64,000 nt of DNA from Candidatus Latescibacterota bacterium (lineage in GTDB: Bacteria > Latescibacterota > UBA2968), in NCBI GenBank assembly GCA_965204745.1, contig OZ242010.1, positions 128,001 to 192,000 of the forward strand, written 5' to 3'. A program made the position numbers and the translations under genes. Of the stretch, positions 46,501 through 52,500 are shown piece by piece. The notes under the pieces are model-generated. The model was given only the letters and a program-made list of their open reading frames with translations, was not told where the DNA came from and ran no database searches. The number at the start of each line of letters is the position of its first letter. The first letter of the stretch is position 1.

Positions 46501-49500
46501 TCGTCATCGGCTATCGTTAGCGTCGCAGCAGTGACCGATCCCGTGCCCACGCTGTTAGTTGGCGTGCCCGTCACGGTTACCGTCTTGTCCCCCGAAGCGA
46601 CGCTGTTGTCCACCGTCGTGATTGTCACGGTGCCCGTGCTCGTCGTCTCGCCCGCCGCTATCGTCAGCGTCTTCGCCGTGCTCAGCGTGTAATCGCCTCC
46701 AACCGCAGGTGACACAGGCGTTACTGAAACCGTGATCGTCGTCGCCGCGCTCGATGGGCGAGACAGCGTCGCCGTCACGGTTGAAACCTCGCCAGTCTCC
46801 GCAATCGACGTCGGGGACACCGCTATCGTTACGGCCGACGCGGCCTCATCCTCTGTGATCGTCAACGCCGTGCCGGTCACACTACTGCCCACGCCTTGGT
46901 CGTTACGTGGCACAACGGACACGGTCACACTGTTGTTAGGCGCATGAATCATGTTGTCCACTGCTGTGATGATCACTGTATCCGGCGCGTTCGCCGTTTG
47001 CCCGGCCGCGATGACAATCATCGAATCCGTCGCCCCCACCGTGTAAGCACCAGGCACCGAGCGCACGGTGATCGTCGTCGCTTCGCTCGACTTGTGAGAT
47101 AGGGTCGCCGTGATCGTGGAAACGCCGCTCGCCTCTGAAATCGACGCGGGCGATAGCAACAGTGCCACCGTCGGCGCGGCCTCATCGTCGGTGATCGTCA
47201 GGGTCACATCAGATGGGGCCGACGCCATATTGCCACCCGTCGCTGTTCCAGACACGGTCACTTCCTTGTCCGGTGCATCGGTCGTATCGTTCACCGAGGT
47301 GATCGTCACGGTACCCGTGCTCGTCGTCACACTTGCCGCGATAGTCAGCGTGGTCGTGGCCGATAGCGTGAAATCGCCCGCAACCGCAGGCGATACCGCC
47401 TCCGCTGATACCGTGATCGTCGTCGCCTCGGTCGCGGGGCGATTTAGTCTCGCCGTTACGGTCGAAACCTCGGCATTTTCAGAAATCGACGTCGGAGACA
47501 AAACCAATGTCACCTGCGCCACGTCGTCATCGGCTATCGTTAGCGTAGCAGCCGTGACCGACGACCCTACGCCCACGCTGTTGGATGGCGTGCCCGTCAC
47601 GGTTACCGTCTTGTCCCCCGAAGCGACGCTGTTGTTCACTGTTGTGATCGTCACGGTGCCGGTGCTCGTCGTCTCGCCCGCCGCGACGGTCAGCGTCTTC
47701 GCCGTGCTCAGCGTGTAATCGCCTACAACCGCAGGTAATACAGGCGTTACTGAAACCGTGATCGTCGTCGCCGCGCTCGATGGGCGATTCAGCGTCGCCG
47801 TCACGGTTGAAACCGCGATGTTCTCCGAAATCGACGTAGGTGACACTGCTATCGTCACCTCCGGCGCGGCCTCATCCTCTGTGATCGTCAAAGTCGCGGC
47901 GGTCACACTGCCCACGCCTTGGGCGTTGCGTGGCACAACATTCACGGTCACATCGTTGTCCGGCGCATGGGTCGTGTTGTTCACCGCTGTGATGAGCACC
48001 GTATCAGACGTGTTCGCCGTTTGTCCGGCCGCGATGACAATCGTCGAATCTGTCCCCACCGTGTAAGCCCCGGCCACCGGGCGCACGGTGATCGTCGTCG
48101 CTTCGCTCGACTCGTGAGATAGGGTCGCCGTGATCGTGGAAACGCCGCTCGCCTCTGAAATCGACGCGGGCGATAGCGACAGTGCCACCGTCGGCGGATC
48201 GTCGTCGTCTGTAATCATCAGGGTCACGGCAGACGGGGCAGACGCCAGATTGCCAACCGCCACCGTTGCAGATACGGTCACGCGCTTGTCCGGCGCATCG
48301 GTCGTATTGTTCACCGATGTGATCGTCACAAGACCCGTGCTCGCCGTCGCATTCGCCGCGACGGTCAGCGTCTTCGCGGTCGATAGCGTGAAATCGCCCG
48401 CAACCGCAGGTGATTCCGCCGTAGCTGAAACCGTGATCGTCGTCGCCTTGGTCGTGGGGCGATCCAGTGTCGCTGTGATCGTGGAAACCCCGCCATCCTC
48501 TGAAATCGACGCAGGAGACAAAACCAACATCACCTGCGCCACATCGTCATCGGCTATCGTCAGCGTCGCAAGAGCGACCGTTCTCGTGCTCGCGCTGTTG
48601 TCCACCGCGCTGAACACGGTCACCCTCTTGTCCCCCGAAGCGGTGTTGTTGTCCACGGCCGTGATGACCACCGTGTCCGACGCGTTTGCCGTTTGCCCGG
48701 ACGCGATGATGATCGTCGAATCCATCCCCACCGTGTAAGCCTCGGCCACCGGGCGCACGGTGATCGTCGTCGTCGCGTCCAACGACTGTGTCAGCCTCGC
48801 CGTCACGGTCGAAACGCCGCCGTTTTCCGAGATCGTCGAGGGCGTAAGTGTCAACATCACTATTTCTGGTTGCAGATCAAATTGCACAGTGGTGTCCATG
48901 CCGTCATACTTCAAGACCGGATACTGATTCACCGTGCCAAAGTGCCACGGATCGTCGTCGCCGGGTTGTCCGTCGATGTCGATGTTCCAATTTTCGTAGA
49001 TGCCGGTGTATCCTGTAACGGATACGAGTTCGGCGGTGGTCTTGCTGGTGACGCCGCTGGTGTCGGGGTCAGGGCTGTGGACGGCGCCGATGGCACGGCT
49101 CAGTCCGCTGGTTTCGGTGTCATAGTAGCTGTTGGATATGTCGTTGGTGTTTTGGTTTAAGCCTCCGATAAATCCGCCAGAGCCGTGCCATCGGCGCCAG
49201 TTACCGGCGCGGACGCGGTCAGTGGAGCTGACAGGGCCGATGGCGTAAGAGTTTATTATAACACTGTTAAAAATTCTGCCCACTAGACCGCCGACATACC
49301 TACTGCCGCTGACAGATGCCGTAGAGTAGCTCGTGGAGATCTTTCCGCGGATATCGGTCCGGCCTACTAATCCACCGATAGTGTAACCCCCACGGGGAGA
49401 GGGATCGGGCCACCGCCACTCAATGGGATTGAAACCGGCGACCCTGCCGGTGGTGTAGCAAGCGACAATGGTGCCGTGATTTTGTCCGGCCAGAATACCT

Positions 49501-52500
49501 ACATGAGAAATTCCCGTGATATTGGCGTTGGTTATGCCCAGGGTTTCGACGCGGGAGAAGGCGCCAAGTTTGAAGAACAGGCCGAGGAAATTGGGGTTGG
49601 TGCCGCTACCGTAGATGGTGCGGTTGATGAACAGGTTGTTTATGGTGTGACCGTTGCCCTTGAAGTAGCCTGTGTAGCTGTTGCTGGTTCTGCAACAGGC
49701 GATGGGTAGCCAGCCGGAGCCGCCGTCCCAGTATTTGCCGCTGTGGTCGGTGGCATCTACATCGCCATCGCCATTGCTGTCGAAATCGAGGCTTGCGGTG
49801 AGTTCGTAGCCGACGCAGCGCCCGGACGGGCACCCCATGCGCTCCGCGGCAGCGGTGAAACGGTTGGGGAATGCAGCGTTGTAAGCGTTGTAGTTCATGG
49901 TATCAGCAGGGGCTACGAAACCATCGCCGTTGAGGTCATAGCGTATGGCGTTGAGTTGGTCGAGGTTGGCTACATCGATGTAACCGTCGTTATCCTCGTC
50001 GTAGTCGATCACATTCTCTGTGATCATCAGGGTCACGGTAGACCGGGCCACTGCTCCATTGCCACCCGCCACCGTTGCAGACACGGTCACGCGCTTGTCC
50101 GACGCCTGGATCATATTGTTCGCCGCTGTGATCGTCACAAGGCCCGTGCTCGTCGTCACACTCGCCGCGATAGTCAGCGTGGTCGCGGCCGATAGCGTGA
50201 AATCGCCCGAAACCGCAGGCGGTACCGCCGTAGCTGAAACCGTGATCGTCGTCGCCTCGGTCGCAGGGCGATCCAGCGTTGCCGTGATCGTGGAAACCCC
50301 GCCAGCCTCCGAAATCGACGACGGAGATAAAACCAACGTCGCATGCGGCCGGTCGTCATCGGTAATCGTCAGCGTCGCAGCCGTGACCGTTCCCGTGCCC
50401 GCGCTGTTGTCCACCGCGCTCAACACGGTCACCGTCTTGTCCCCCGCCGTTATGGCGTTGTCCACCGTCGTGATGACCACCGTGTCCGACGCGTTCGCCG
50501 TTTGCCCGGCCGCAATGATGATCGTCGAATCCATCCCCACCGCGTAAGCACCGGTCACGGGCCGCACGGTGATCGTCGTCACCGCGCTCGATGGGCGAGA
50601 CAGGGTCGCCGTCACGGTCGAAACCTCGCCAGTCTCCGCAATCGACGTCGGGGACACCTCCATCGTCACGTCCGGCGGGTCCTCATCCTCTGTGAACGTC
50701 AACTCCGCGGTGACCACGTTTATGCCGTGCCAGTTAGTCACCTGAACCCACACGCCACGGCTGTTGTCCGGCGCATGAATCATGTTGTCCACTGCTGTGA
50801 TGATCACTGTATCCGTGGTCGCCGTTTGCCCGGCCGCGATGGTAATCGTCGAATTCGTCGCCCCAACCGTGTACACGCCAGGCACCGGGCGCACTGTGAT
50901 CGACGTCGGCGCAACCGAACTACCCGATAGCGTCGCCGTGACCGTGGCAACACCGCCGTTCTCCGAAATCGACGACGGGTTCACCGCCATCGTCACTGTC
51001 GGCGTGGACTCATCGTCGGCAATCGTCAGGATCGCGTGCGACGTCGTTATATCGTTTGCCCCTGAAACCGTTGCCGCCACGGTCACGCGCTTCCACGGCG
51101 CATCGATGGCGTTGTCCACCGCTGTGATCGTCACGGTGCCCGTGCTCGTCGTCGCATTTGCCGCTATCGTTAGCGTCTTCGCGGTCGAGAGCGTAAAATC
51201 GCCCGCAACCGCAGGTGCCACCGCTGTCGCCGAGACCGTGACCACCACTGCGGATGTCAGTGGTTTCGTCAATGCTGCCGTCACAGTCGTCTGATTGGCT
51301 GTACCACTCTCGTCGATCTGTCGTGGCGTAAGTATCAATGTCACGAGTCGTGGTTGCAGATTAAATTGCAAGTCGGTGTCCATGTCGGCATACTTCAAGA
51401 CCGGATACTGACTCGCCGTGCCAAAGTGCCACGGATCGTCGTTGCCCCCTTGCCCGTCGATGTCGATGTTCCAGTTTGAGTAGATGCCGGTGTAGCCGGT
51501 AATGGATCGGAGTTCGTGGGTGGTCTTGCCGACGCCGAGCGCGCTGGTGCCTTTCCCACTGCTGTGCATGTCCCAATAGCTGAAGTTTGCGATGTTCGTA
51601 GTCGCTCGTACCCCGCCGCAGGCGAACGTTGCACCACTGTAAGTATAACAGGTGCTTTCGTCATTCGCATTCCCTACTAACCCGCCGGCCCAGCTGGCTT
51701 CGACGCTGGGGTACTCCTCTGCACCACCGACGCCGACGCCGACGGCGGGGAGGACCGCGCCCTGATCACGCTCACTTCTTATTATCCTGCCGAAAGCGTT
51801 GCCTCCGGTGACTATGCCGTTGGCGTAAGAGCTTGATATATGGGTGTTCTGCCACGCAGTGCCTACCAGACCACCGACGTCTCTGACTTCGCTGACATTT
51901 GCCATGGAGTAGCTCGCGTGGATAGTTCCCTGGAAGGAAAAACCGACTAATCCACCGATACTGTGGCTGTTGACCCCCCACGGGGTGAAGTGCGGGGTTG
52001 GGGTGCCTACTGGAGCGAAATCTTGGCCAGAGACCGTGCCGTGTGTGTAGCAGGCGACAATGGTACCTTTGAAAAGTATTCCGGCCAGAATACCTAGGTA
52101 AGAACCTCCTGTGACATTGGCGTTGATTATGCCCAGGGATTCGACGCGGGAGCCGATTCCAAGGCTATAGAACAACCCGAGTTTAGAGACAGAAAAGCCA
52201 ACAGTGCTGGTTCTCTTTATGAACAGGTTTTTTATGGTGTGGCCGTTGCCCTTGAAGTAGCCTAAGTAGCCCGATTGGTGCCCTTGGTCCCCCCCGGGCA
52301 CCCAGTAGCGGTAGTCGTACCTGTCTCCATAGAAGGCCCCAGAGGTTCCGGCGATTGGTCTCCAGCCGCGGCCGTTGTCCCAGTATTTGCCTCCGTGGTC
52401 GTCGGCATCTACATCGCTATCGCCATCGCTGTCGAAGTTGAGGTCGTTCAGCAGTTCGTAGCCGACGCATCCAGAAGTGGGGCAGCCCATGGGTCCAACA

